Source: an uncultured Candidatus Cloacimonadota bacterium (lineage in GTDB: Bacteria; Cloacimonadota; Cloacimonadia; Cloacimonadales; TCS61). Taken from it: DNA of 26,455 nucleotides. Below are positions 1-8,856 of the stretch, piece by piece. The position numbers were made by a program, and so were the translations under genes. Within the stretch, counting starts at the first letter, position 1. The number at the start of each line of letters is the position of its first letter. The stretch lies in the NCBI GenBank assembly GCA_964460095.1, contig CAYWPW010000001.1, positions 1-26,455 of the forward strand, written 5' to 3'. The notes under the pieces are model-generated. The model saw nothing but the letters and a program-made list of their open reading frames with translations. It made no database searches and was not told where the DNA came from.

Positions 1-2
1 AC

Positions 3-1016
3 TACACAGGAGCAGCAATTTGTGCTACTTTAAGAGATGAAGTCCTGAATAGACCTGATCATATAAAAATTCTTGAACATCAACCTGTGGTGGAATTGAT
101 AAAAGATAATACCGGCAAAGTCTCGGGAGCAGTACTTTACCATCTTGAAAATAGAGAATACTTTACAGTGAAAGCAAAAGCAACTATTATCTCTACAGGT
201 GGTTTTGGCAGACTTCATATAAGAGATTTTGAAACTACAAACCATTATGGTGCAACCTGTGATGGTCCTGTGATAAGTTACAGAGCAGGAGCAAAACTTA
301 TGTATATGGATTCTGTTCAATATCATCCGACCGGAGCAATTTATCCACAGCAGATTATTGGATTTCTCTGCACTGAGAAACTCAGGTCTCTTGGTGCTCA
401 ACCTTTGAACATACAAAGTGAACTTTTTGTTAATCCTCTTGAACCCCGCGATGTTGAATCATCAGCTTTCATCAGGGAATGTTTGGAACGAAATAAAGGT
501 ATTAAAACACCTGATAACCATGTAGGTGTCTGGTTAGACACTCCCTTGATCGACCAGATAAATGGCAAGGGAACAATTCAAGCAAGTGTTCCGGCTATGG
601 TCAGACAATTTGCCAGGTTTGATGTAGATATGATTACGGAACCAATTCTGGTTTATCCAACTCTTCATTACCAGAATGGTGGAGTGGAAATAAATGCTCA
701 GTGTGAAACTAATATTCCCGGTCTTTTTGTAGCAGGTGAAGCATCCGGTGGAGTACACGGACGCAATAGATTAATGGGGAATTCACAGCTTGATATAATA
801 ATTTTTGGAAGAAGAGCCGGAAAATTTGCTGCTGATTATGCCAAAGGTGCAAAAATAGGTAAACTTAATCTGGATCATATTTATGAATATGAAAAAGAAG
901 TGAAAAAATTGGGGATCGATAAATCAAAAATTTCACCAATGGTTCTCCCTGATTATATTCCGGATGCAGTGAAAGCAAAACAACTTACAACCAAATATCA
1001 CGGAACTTTGAGATAA
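3..1016 (+). CDS. frdA: Fumarate reductase/succinate dehydrogenase-family flavoprotein (FrdA/SdhA/TfrA superfamily), 5'-truncated by the window edge, with a short C-terminus
   Basis: The frame is open from base 3 (YTGAAICATLRDEV...), so the ORF-track start at 87 is not the true start. Dicarboxylate-site motifs are present: QYHPTG, TEK, EPRD, PTLHYQNGG, GEASGGVHGRNRLMGNS. Confidence 0.85.
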   Translation, partial: YTGAAICATLRDEVLNRPDHIKILEHQPVVELIKDNTGKVSGAVLYHLENREYFTVKAKATIISTGGFGRLHIRDFETTNHYGATCDGPVISYRAGAKLMYMDSVQYHPTGAIYPQQIIGFLCTEKLRSLGAQPLNIQSELFVNPLEPRDVESSAFIRECLERNKGIKTPDNHVGVWLDTPLIDQINGKGTIQASVPAMVRQFARFDVDMITEPILVYPTLHYQNGGVEINAQCETNIPGLFVAGEASGGVHGRNRLMGNSQLDIIIFGRRAGKFAADYAKGAKIGKLNLDHIYEYEKEVKKLGIDKSKISPMVLPDYIPDAVKAKQLTTKYHGTLR

Positions 1017-1038
1017 GTTTTTTAATAAGGAGGTTATT

Positions 1039-2481
1039 TTGGGACTTGTAGATGTACAAAGGTTAAAAGAAATCGTAGGCGCAGAAAATGTAAAAGATGA
1101 CAAAGCCGATTTGTATGTATATGGTTCTGACTCATCAGTTCATCAAGCCATGCCCTGGGTAGTAGTAAGACCACACACAATAGAAGAAGTTCAAAATGTT
1201 ATGCGTTATGCAAATCCGAGGATGCTACCGGTTGTTGCCAGGGGAGCAGGCTCGGGTATGTCCGGTCAGGCTGTTCCCATCAAAGGTGGAATAGTAATGG
1301 ATTTTAAGAAAATGAATAAAATTCTTGAGATAAATCTTGAGGACACATTTGTCAGAGTTGAACCCGGTGTTGTGGATGATGATCTGAATCGTGCTTTGAA
1401 ACCACATAATGTATTCTATCCTCCAGCACCAGCTTCCAGCAGGATAGCTACGATCGGGGGAGAAATAGCCAACAATGCCAGCGGTGTGAGGTCTGTTAAA
1501 TACGGAGCTGTTCGGGATTCTGTTCTCGGTATGAGAGTGGTGCTGGCAAATGGAGATTTAATCGATGTTGGAGCTAAAACAAGAGTGCAGGCAACAGGCT
1601 ATCAGCTTGAAAGACTGATGGTTGGTTCCGAAGGCACCCTGGGTATTATTGTGGAAGCAACTCTGAAGATTGTTCCTATTCCTAAATTCAGATGCCTGGG
1701 AATAGCTAAATTCAATGAACTTGAAGATGCTGGTAATACAATTTCGGAAGTAATGTCCAGTGGGATTAATTTATCTATGCTGGAACTAATGGACAATATA
1801 GCTATTACTGCTGTTAATAAAGCTCTGGATTTGGGACTTCCGGATGTAGAAGCGATTCTTTTGTTTGAAGCTGACGGAATGGCAAAAGAAGCTGTTGATA
1901 TTGAAATCCAAAAAATAATTGAAATTTGTAAGAACCAAAAAGGTTTTGGTATCGATTTGAGTTATGATGCCAAAGAAAGAACAAAAATATTCTCCGGCAG
2001 GAAAAAATTGTTCCCATCTTTATCGAGATTTAAAGATTACTTTACTTGTGCATCTTTAGCTGATGATATGGCTGTCCCCTACTCTAAAATGGCAGAAACT
2101 GCCCAAAAGATTCATGAGATCGCTAAAAGAAATAATGTGATTATGACAGCTTACGGACACTGTGGTTCCGGATGTATGCATACCAAAATCCTGATGGATC
2201 CAAGAAAAGAAGCTCAATGGGAAGATGCCAAAAGAGCTGTATTCGAGATATATAATTATGTCAGATCAGTTGGAGGAACTACTTCCGCTGAACATGGGAT
2301 CGGAATATCAAAAGCTCCGGCATTTAAAAGAGAAAAATCTAACTCCTTAGGTGTAATGCGTGCCATAAAAAAGGCTTTAGATCCGAATAATGTATTAAAT
2401 CCCGGTAAGTTAATGGATGCACCGGATGATTGGGTTACTGCAACAAAATTGAGATATACTACAAAAAAAGGCATATTCTAA
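1039..2481 (+). CDS. FAD-linked oxidoreductase, GlcD/D-lactate (D-2-hydroxyacid) dehydrogenase family
   Basis: TTG start after AAGGAGG. Motifs ARGAGSGMSG, EPGVV, PAPASSRIATIGGEIANNASG, GSEGTLGII, GHCGSGCMH and SAEHGIG, plus DPNNVLNPGK near the C-terminus. Confidence 0.9.
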   Translation: MGLVDVQRLKEIVGAENVKDDKADLYVYGSDSSVHQAMPWVVVRPHTIEEVQNVMRYANPRMLPVVARGAGSGMSGQAVPIKGGIVMDFKKMNKILEINLEDTFVRVEPGVVDDDLNRALKPHNVFYPPAPASSRIATIGGEIANNASGVRSVKYGAVRDSVLGMRVVLANGDLIDVGAKTRVQATGYQLERLMVGSEGTLGIIVEATLKIVPIPKFRCLGIAKFNELEDAGNTISEVMSSGINLSMLELMDNIAITAVNKALDLGLPDVEAILLFEADGMAKEAVDIEIQKIIEICKNQKGFGIDLSYDAKERTKIFSGRKKLFPSLSRFKDYFTCASLADDMAVPYSKMAETAQKIHEIAKRNNVIMTAYGHCGSGCMHTKILMDPRKEAQWEDAKRAVFEIYNYVRSVGGTTSAEHGIGISKAPAFKREKSNSLGVMRAIKKALDPNNVLNPGKLMDAPDDWVTATKLRYTTKKGIF

Positions 2482-2527
2482 AGTTTTCTTTATCGAGAAT
2501 TTGAATAAGTTTTTAGGAGATTATTTC

Positions 2528-3112
2528 ATGGACTTTAAAAGAATTCAAAAATGGGATAATGAACTGAATATTTGCATTAGATGCGGATATTGCTTTGAAC
2601 AATGCCATCTTTTTAAGATTACTGGTTGGGAAACAGATGCTCCTCGTGGAAAGCTTATCTTGATCTATGGTTTAATACATGGAGAGACAAAACCATCAGA
2701 ATACATTGCAAATAAGATGTTTGAATGTTTCTATTGTAAAAGATGCGATAATAGTTGCTCAGCCGGAGTTTCCATAACTGATATTTTCACAGATGCAAGA
2801 GCTGATTTTGCGGATGCAGGTTTTGATGTTGATGGTACTACTTCAAAGACAAACGATGATTTGTGCAGCCGTTGTGGAATTTGTGTCTCAGTATGTAAAC
2901 ACGAAGCTCGCTCTCTGGATAAAGAGAATAAAAAGATTATAATTGATAAGGTTAAATGTCAGAGTTGCGGCTGCTGCGAAGCAGCATGTCCTTCCGGAGC
3001 TGCATATATTGTTGAAGGCTGGGAACTGGGAGAGAATGAATTGCGTGAAAAAGTGATCAATTTTTTAAAGGAAGATAATAATGAACCCAAAATCAGTAAT
3101 ATTTTGTTGTAG
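2528..3112 (+). CDS. Chimeric Fe-S protein: HdrC/HdrD/GlcF-type 4Fe-4S dicluster plus a 2x[4Fe-4S] ferredoxin resembling the HdrA C-terminal domain
   Basis: ATG at 2528 follows AGGAGA. Four Cys motifs: CIRCGYCFEQC, CFYCKRCDNSC, CSRCGICVSVC, CQSCGCCEAACP. Confidence 0.8.
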   Translation: MDFKRIQKWDNELNICIRCGYCFEQCHLFKITGWETDAPRGKLILIYGLIHGETKPSEYIANKMFECFYCKRCDNSCSAGVSITDIFTDARADFADAGFDVDGTTSKTNDDLCSRCGICVSVCKHEARSLDKENKKIIIDKVKCQSCGCCEAACPSGAAYIVEGWELGENELREKVINFLKEDNNEPKISNILL

Positions 3113-3479
3113 TTGGTCTTCATATCCTGGGTTACAGTTATCCGAAAGTCTTTATGAAGATCCCGGAAAACAAAACAATATAATCATAAGTATGTGCTCT
3201 GGTAGAGTTTCTGCAGAATTAATATTAGAAGCATTTAAAAATGATGCCTGGGGAGTAATGATAGCAAGTTGCCCAAAAGAGAAGTGTGAACATGATGCAA
3301 ATTACAAAACAAGAAGAAGGATTTTGTTACTTCAAAAAATGCTCGAGCAGTTAGGAATTGAACCTGCAAGAATAAAGCTTGAATGGATCGATAAAGGAGA
3401 AGCTGCTAAGCTGAAACTTGCGATCGATGATTTTTCAAATGAATTAAGAAAAATGGGACCTGTAAATATTATAAACTAG
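3081..3479 (+). CDS. mvhD: MvhD/FlpD [2Fe-2S] hydrogenase delta subunit
   Basis: FCCSWSSYPG, MCSGRV, SCPKEKCEH..N and LGIEPARIKLEWI match the MvhD family. The ORF overlaps the upstream gene by 32 nt and may be part of a fusion (see findings). Confidence 0.85.
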   Translation: MNPKSVIFCCSWSSYPGLQLSESLYEDPGKQNNIIISMCSGRVSAELILEAFKNDAWGVMIASCPKEKCEHDANYKTRRRILLLQKMLEQLGIEPARIKLEWIDKGEAAKLKLAIDDFSNELRKMGPVNIIN

Positions 3480-3492
3480 GAGTATATTTTTT

Positions 3493-4560
3493 ATGGAAAC
3501 AAAATATTTAAGACAATGGGAAAATGAACTTAATATTTGTATTAGATGTGGTTATTGTTTTGAGGGGTGCCCTGTTTTTAAGGAACTTGGCTGGGAAATA
3601 GATGGAGCAAGAGGTAAATTAATTGTAGCCTATGGATTACTGACTGGTGAGCTTGAACCTTCTGAACACATTGCAGAAAAGTTGTTTCAGTGTACTTTCT
3701 GTAGAGATTGCGTAGAAAGATGCTCAGCAGATATATCGGTGCCGGATATTATGGGAGCAGCCAGAGCTGATCTGTTTGAAGCAGGTTATTCTTACGACTC
3801 ACATAAAGAGCTCACAAAAAAAATTGAAAAGAGCGGCAATATCTTTGGAAAAGAACTTGAGCCTCCCGTATTTGAAGGTGATAAGGCGGTTCTATTAGGG
3901 TGCAGACTTGTTGAAAGAAAAGAAGATTCAGAGAAATATCTAACAATACTGGAAAAACTTGGAGTGAAAACAAAGACGTTTAATGAAACCTGCTGCGGTA
4001 TGCCATTTGCTGTTCTGGGTGATAAAAACGGTTTTAAAACTCAACAAGATAAATTTAGAGATACAATACCTGATAAAAAAGAAGAAGTAATTTGTGTTTG
4101 TACTACTTGTGTATTTTTTATCAGGGCAAAATATCCTGATTTGAAAGCTAAATATATAATTGATGAAATAGTGGAAAGATTGCCTGATTATAAAGGCAAA
4201 TTAAAAAAGTTAAACATTAAAGTAACATATCATGATCCCTGTAATGTAGCAAGGGGAATGGGTATGGTTGATGAACCCAGAGATATTCTAAAGAAAATTT
4301 GCTCGGAATTGGTTGAGATGCCTACTTACGGCAAGCAAGCTGAATGTTGCGGTGGTGGTGGGGGATTATTAGTATCAGATGATAAGTTAGCTGAAAAACT
4401 TGCTGAAAACCGTGTAGAACAAGCAATAGAAACCGGTGCAAAAGTTTTAACCACACTTTGTCCAACCTGCGAATTAAATCTTAAAAATGCTGCAGAAAAA
4501 TATAATGGAAAAATTAAAGTTAATAACCTTCTTGATCTTTTATACGATTCGATGATGTAG
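3493..4560 (+). CDS. HdrD/GlcF/TfrB-like Fe-S oxidoreductase with a 4Fe-4S dicluster and two CCG domains
   Basis: N-terminal CIRCGYCFEGCP and CTFCRDCVERC. Two complete CCG motifs: GC...TCCG...CTTC and HDPC...ECCGGGGG...CPTC. Confidence 0.88.
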   Translation: METKYLRQWENELNICIRCGYCFEGCPVFKELGWEIDGARGKLIVAYGLLTGELEPSEHIAEKLFQCTFCRDCVERCSADISVPDIMGAARADLFEAGYSYDSHKELTKKIEKSGNIFGKELEPPVFEGDKAVLLGCRLVERKEDSEKYLTILEKLGVKTKTFNETCCGMPFAVLGDKNGFKTQQDKFRDTIPDKKEEVICVCTTCVFFIRAKYPDLKAKYIIDEIVERLPDYKGKLKKLNIKVTYHDPCNVARGMGMVDEPRDILKKICSELVEMPTYGKQAECCGGGGGLLVSDDKLAEKLAENRVEQAIETGAKVLTTLCPTCELNLKNAAEKYNGKIKVNNLLDLLYDSMM

Positions 4561-4615
4561 AATGAGAATTAAAAAATTAAATTTTCTATAGATACTTTAA
4601 TAAATGGAGGCATAA

Positions 4616-5632
4616 GTGCCAAAACCTAAAGTAGCTTTTTATTGGTGTGCATCCTGTGGGGGTTGTGAAGAAGCCATTGTAGACCTGAATGAAGATATCC
4701 TGAAAGTAGTTGAATTGGTAGACATTGTGTTCTGGCCCTGTGCAATGGATTTCAAATATCAAGATGTTAGAAATATGAAAGACAATGAGATCACAGTTGC
4801 TTTTATAAATGGAGCTATCCGCACTGATGAGCAGGAAGAAATTGTACAACTTCTCAGGAAGAAAGCTCAACTTGTAATCGCTTTCGGATCTTGTTCTCAT
4901 CTGGGTGGAATCCCGGGATTAGCAAATTTCTGGGATAGAGAAACTATTTTTGAATCCTCTTATGGGAAGAATTGTCCTTCTGTTGATAACCCTAAAAGGA
5001 TTTTTCCACAAACAAAAAGTAAAGTTCCGGAAGGAGAACTGACTTTACCTGCTTTTCATAATACGGTAAAAAGCCTTGATCAGGTAATCGATGTGGATTA
5101 TTATATTCCCGGATGTTCTCCTGCACCATATTTAACAATGCAGGCGATAGAAGCTATTCTTGCTGGGGAATTACCAGAGAAAGGAACTGTTCTGGCTCCC
5201 TTAAAATCTTTGTGTGATGTTTGTGAACGTAATGATTCCAAACCGGAAAAAATTTCTCTGAATAAGATAAAAAGAATTTCCGAAGTAATAGCAGATCCTG
5301 AAAAGTGTTTTCTGGCTGAGGGGATTATCTGTTTGGGACCGGTTACCAGGGCAGGATGCGCTTCGGAAGGTAGTGGAAGATGTATCACAGCAAACATGCC
5401 ATGTAGAGGTTGTTATGGACCTCCACCAGAAGTAAAAGATGTTGGTGGAAAAATGATATCTTCTCTCGCTTCCATAGTAGGTTTGGAAGGTGAAGAAAAT
5501 ATGAGCGATGAAGATGTAGAAAAGCTTATTGATCAGATAGTTGATCCTGCCGGATATTTTTATCGCTTTTCTCTACCAGCTTCTTTATTAAGAAGAAAAA
5601 GGATGAATGATCCTGTAGCGGAGAATGAATAA
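4616..5632 (+). CDS. mvhG: Group 3c [NiFe]-hydrogenase small subunit MvhG
   Basis: GTG start after GGAGG. CASCGGC, GSCSHLGGIPG, PGCSP, CDVC, CLGPVTRAGC and PCRGCYG are present. Confidence 0.9.
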   Translation: MPKPKVAFYWCASCGGCEEAIVDLNEDILKVVELVDIVFWPCAMDFKYQDVRNMKDNEITVAFINGAIRTDEQEEIVQLLRKKAQLVIAFGSCSHLGGIPGLANFWDRETIFESSYGKNCPSVDNPKRIFPQTKSKVPEGELTLPAFHNTVKSLDQVIDVDYYIPGCSPAPYLTMQAIEAILAGELPEKGTVLAPLKSLCDVCERNDSKPEKISLNKIKRISEVIADPEKCFLAEGIICLGPVTRAGCASEGSGRCITANMPCRGCYGPPPEVKDVGGKMISSLASIVGLEGEENMSDEDVEKLIDQIVDPAGYFYRFSLPASLLRRKRMNDPVAENE

Positions 5633-5633
5633 A

Positions 5634-7097
5634 ATGGCTAAAAAAATAACAATAGATCCGATTACTAAATTAGAAGGTCACGGTAAAATAGAAATTTTCC
5701 TCGATGATGATGGAGATGTTAAGAATGCATATTTACAGGTTCCTGAATTGAGGGGATTCGAGCAATTCTGCGTGGGACGACCGGTAGAAGAACTGGCAAG
5801 AATAACTCCCCGCATTTGCGGTGTTTGCCCTACAACTCATCATCTGTGTTCAACTAAAACACTCGATGCTGTTTATAATGTTACACCAACAGATACCGCT
5901 GTAAAACTCAGACGACTCATCAACGATGCTTTTATTGCAGAAGATCATCTGCTTCATTTCTTCTTCCTGGGTGGTCCTGATTTTGTGGTCGGACCGGATG
6001 CTCCTCCCGGAGAAAGAAATATTCTGGGTGTTATCGGTAAGGTCGGTATTGAAATCGGTAAAAAAGTTATCGATATGAGAAGAAGGCTGCGAAGTATTAT
6101 CACCTATCTTGGTGGAAGAGTGATTCATCCTGTATGTGGTTTACCTGGCGGTATTTCAAAAGGATTACCGGAAGATCAGCGTTTAGCTTTTTTGAAAGTT
6201 GCTAAAGATGCCGTGGAATTTTCTAAGTTCTGTTTGCAGGTATTTGATGACATCGTTCTAAAAAATGATACTTACCTCGATTTAATTGTGGGTGATATTT
6301 TCAAACACCAAACTTATTACATGGGTCTGGTTGATGAAAATAACAAAGTTGATCTCTATGACGGGAAGATTCGAGTAGTTGATCCGAATGGAAAAGAATT
6401 TGTTAAATTTGAAGCAAAGGATTATCTGGATCATATTGTCGAGCATGTAGAACCCTGGAGTTATATTAAATTCCCATATTTAAAAAATATCGGTTGGAAG
6501 GGTTTTGTTGATGGAATCGACAGTGGTGTTTACCGTGTTGCTCCCCTGGCAAGACTCAATGCTGCTGATGGCATGAAAACCCCTCTGGCGCAGGCTGAAT
6601 ATGAAAAAATGTATGCTACCCTGGGAGGGAAACCTGCTCATAATACATTAGCTTTTCACTGGGCAAGATTGATAGAGGTTATGTATGTTTCTGAAGAGTT
6701 AGTTCAACTTCTTGAAGATAAATCAATCACAAATCCTGATATCAGGAATCTTCCTACAGAAACTCCAAGTGAAGGTGTTGGTGTTATCGAAGCTCCCCGG
6801 GGAACTTTGTTCCATCATTATAAAACAGATAAAAACGGTATGGTAACAAATGTAAATCTGATAGTGGCTACTGTTAATAATTCTGCTGCTATTTCCATGT
6901 CTATTGCCAAAGCTGCAAAAGGGCTGATCAGCAAAGGTAAAGTCGATGATGGACTTTTGAATATGGTGGAAATGGCTTTTCGATCTTATGATCCTTGTCT
7001 TGCTTGTGCAACGCATTCTTTGCCGGGGAAAATGCCTCTTATCGTAAATCTTCGCGATAACAACAAGGATATAGTTAAATCTATTAGAAGAGATTAG
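5634..7097 (+). CDS. mvhA: Group 3c [NiFe]-hydrogenase large subunit MvhA
   Basis: IDPITKLEGHGKI N-terminus, L1 motif RICGVC, EAPRG, and L2 motif FRSYDPCLACATH followed by a cleavable C-terminal extension. ATG 5634 is preferred over 5625. Confidence 0.93.
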   Translation: MAKKITIDPITKLEGHGKIEIFLDDDGDVKNAYLQVPELRGFEQFCVGRPVEELARITPRICGVCPTTHHLCSTKTLDAVYNVTPTDTAVKLRRLINDAFIAEDHLLHFFFLGGPDFVVGPDAPPGERNILGVIGKVGIEIGKKVIDMRRRLRSIITYLGGRVIHPVCGLPGGISKGLPEDQRLAFLKVAKDAVEFSKFCLQVFDDIVLKNDTYLDLIVGDIFKHQTYYMGLVDENNKVDLYDGKIRVVDPNGKEFVKFEAKDYLDHIVEHVEPWSYIKFPYLKNIGWKGFVDGIDSGVYRVAPLARLNAADGMKTPLAQAEYEKMYATLGGKPAHNTLAFHWARLIEVMYVSEELVQLLEDKSITNPDIRNLPTETPSEGVGVIEAPRGTLFHHYKTDKNGMVTNVNLIVATVNNSAAISMSIAKAAKGLISKGKVDDGLLNMVEMAFRSYDPCLACATHSLPGKMPLIVNLRDNNKDIVKSIRRD

Positions 7098-7105
7098 CTT
7101 TTTTA

Positions 7106-7561
7106 ATGAAAACACTTGTTTTAGGATTGGGAAATACGATTTTAACTGATGATGGAGTAGGAATAAGGGTAGCACAAAAAATAAAAGAAAGATGTAAAAA
7201 TGTCGATGTCTCCGAAGCCAGCGCTGCTGGCTTCAGAGTTATAGACGAGATAATTGGTTACGATAAACTTATTTTAATTGACTCAATAAAAACCGGAAAA
7301 TCTGAACCCGGAAAGCTTCATAAATTTACTTTTGAAGAATTCAAAAAAACAAGACATCATGCTCAACCACACGACATCAGCCTATTTGAAGCTTTTGAGA
7401 TCATTAAACAACACGGAGATAAATTACCTTCTGAAATTGAAATTTATGCCGTGGAAGTTAGTGATACATCTACTCTTTCTGAAACATGCACAATGGAAGT
7501 TGAAGCTTCTATTCCAAAAATATCTCAAAAAATCATTGATGAACAATCACTCTTTAAATAA
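7106..7561 (+). CDS. Hydrogenase maturation protease (HyaD/HycI family)
   Basis: LVLGLGNTILTDDGVG, LILIDS and H..H motifs. It lies directly after mvhA. Confidence 0.9.
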   Translation: MKTLVLGLGNTILTDDGVGIRVAQKIKERCKNVDVSEASAAGFRVIDEIIGYDKLILIDSIKTGKSEPGKLHKFTFEEFKKTRHHAQPHDISLFEAFEIIKQHGDKLPSEIEIYAVEVSDTSTLSETCTMEVEASIPKISQKIIDEQSLFK

Positions 7562-7572
7562 TTTGTATTTGT

Positions 7573-7604
7573 CATTCTCATCAGGTAACTGCCCGATGGG
7601 AATG
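7573..7604. other. Intergenic hairpin between the hydrogenase module and sucC
   Basis: CATTCTCATC (7573-7582) pairs with GATGGGAATG (7595-7604) with one G-U pair and a 12-nt loop. Confidence 0.5.
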
Positions 7605-7614
7605 TTCAATTTCT

Positions 7615-7641
7615 GTTACTAAGCTGGGGCTTAGTAACGAG
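7615..7641 (-). repeat. REP-like palindrome, family member 1
   Basis: GTTACTAAGC-TGGG-GCTTAGTAAC is a perfect 10-bp stem. Its reverse complement matches 22011-22037 at 20 of 27 positions. Confidence 0.7.
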
Positions 7642-7683
7642 GATTAATGTGCTCTGTAGTTAATAAATAAATAAAGAGGAAAA

Positions 7684-8853
7684 ATGAATATTCACGAATA
7701 TCAGGCGAAACAGATTTTTGCAAAATATGATGTTCCCATTCCTAAAGGAAAAATGATCGAAAAAGCTGAAGATGCAATTGATGCAGCTAAGGAAATAGGT
7801 GGGAATATCTGGGTAGTAAAAGCTCAGATCCACGCAGGAGGAAGAGGAAAAGGTGGTGGAGTAAAACTCGCCAGATCCCTCGATGAAGTAGAAAAATATG
7901 CTTCTGAAATAATTGGAATGACCCTGATAACTCATCAAACCGGACCTGCTGGAAAATTAGTTAAAAAAGTTTATATTGAAGGTGGGATCGATATAAAAAA
8001 GGAACTCTATCTGGGAATGGTTCTGGATAGAGCAAAAGAACTGCCTGTTATGATGGCTTCTACCGAAGGTGGAGTGGAAATCGAAAAAGTAGCTGCAGAA
8101 ATGCCAGAAAAAATCATCAAAGTTGAAATTGATCCTCTCACCGGATTTCAGGGATATCATGCTCGAGAATTAGCATTTGGTTTGAATCTTTCAAAAGAGC
8201 AGATAAAAGAATTCGGAAAATTTGCTAAAGCACTTTACAAAGTTTATTCTTTGAATGATGCAAGCCTTGTGGAAATAAATCCTTTGGTTTTAACTGCTGA
8301 TGATAAATTTATTGCACTCGATGCCAAAATGGGATTTGATGATAACGCTCTTTTCCGGCACAAAGATATTTTAGAAATGCGTGATCTGGATGAGGAAGAT
8401 CCTGCAGAAATTGAAGCAAGTGAATATGGCTTAAGCTATGTAAAACTCGATGGAAATGTGGGCTGTATGGTAAATGGAGCAGGATTGGCAATGTCAACAA
8501 TGGATATTATTAAACTCGAAGGCGGTGAACCTGCAAATTTCCTGGATGTTGGTGGCAAAGCCAGTGCAAGTACGGTTGCCAAAGGTTTTGAAATAATCCT
8601 GAAAGACCCGAATGTAAAAGCGATCCTGGTTAATATCTTTGGTGGCATTGTTCGATGTGATAGGATTGCCAACGGTATTCTGGAAGCTACAGAAACAACC
8701 CGTGTCGAGGTTCCAATTGTTGTCAGGCTGGACGGAACAAATGCCAAAGAAGCCATAGAGATAATTGGAAAATCCAGTTTAACAAATATCATTTCTGCAA
8801 CCGACCTTGGAGATGCTGCCAGAAAAGTTGTAAAAGCTGCCAAAGGAGTGTGA
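7684..8853 (+). CDS. sucC: Succinyl-CoA synthetase beta subunit
   Basis: [62 protein letters not shown]. Confidence 0.96.
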   Translation: MNIHEYQAKQIFAKYDVPIPKGKMIEKAEDAIDAAKEIGGNIWVVKAQIHAGGRGKGGGVKLARSLDEVEKYASEIIGMTLITHQTGPAGKLVKKVYIEGGIDIKKELYLGMVLDRAKELPVMMASTEGGVEIEKVAAEMPEKIIKVEIDPLTGFQGYHARELAFGLNLSKEQIKEFGKFAKALYKVYSLNDASLVEINPLVLTADDKFIALDAKMGFDDNALFRHKDILEMRDLDEEDPAEIEASEYGLSYVKLDGNVGCMVNGAGLAMSTMDIIKLEGGEPANFLDVGGKASASTVAKGFEIILKDPNVKAILVNIFGGIVRCDRIANGILEATETTRVEVPIVVRLDGTNAKEAIEIIGKSSLTNIISATDLGDAARKVVKAAKGV

Positions 8854-8856
8854 CCG

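Noticed and set aside
3-4560. Firm call of methanogen-type thiol:fumarate reductase TfrAB
   Set aside because: The flavoprotein lacks the usual C-terminal domain, its 5' part is unseen, and the CCG protein may instead partner the GlcD-like protein. It is retained only as a hypothesis.
6990-7020. Selenocysteine in the hydrogenase large subunit
   Set aside because: The L2 motif uses ordinary TGT Cys codons (DPCLAC), and there is no in-frame TGA.
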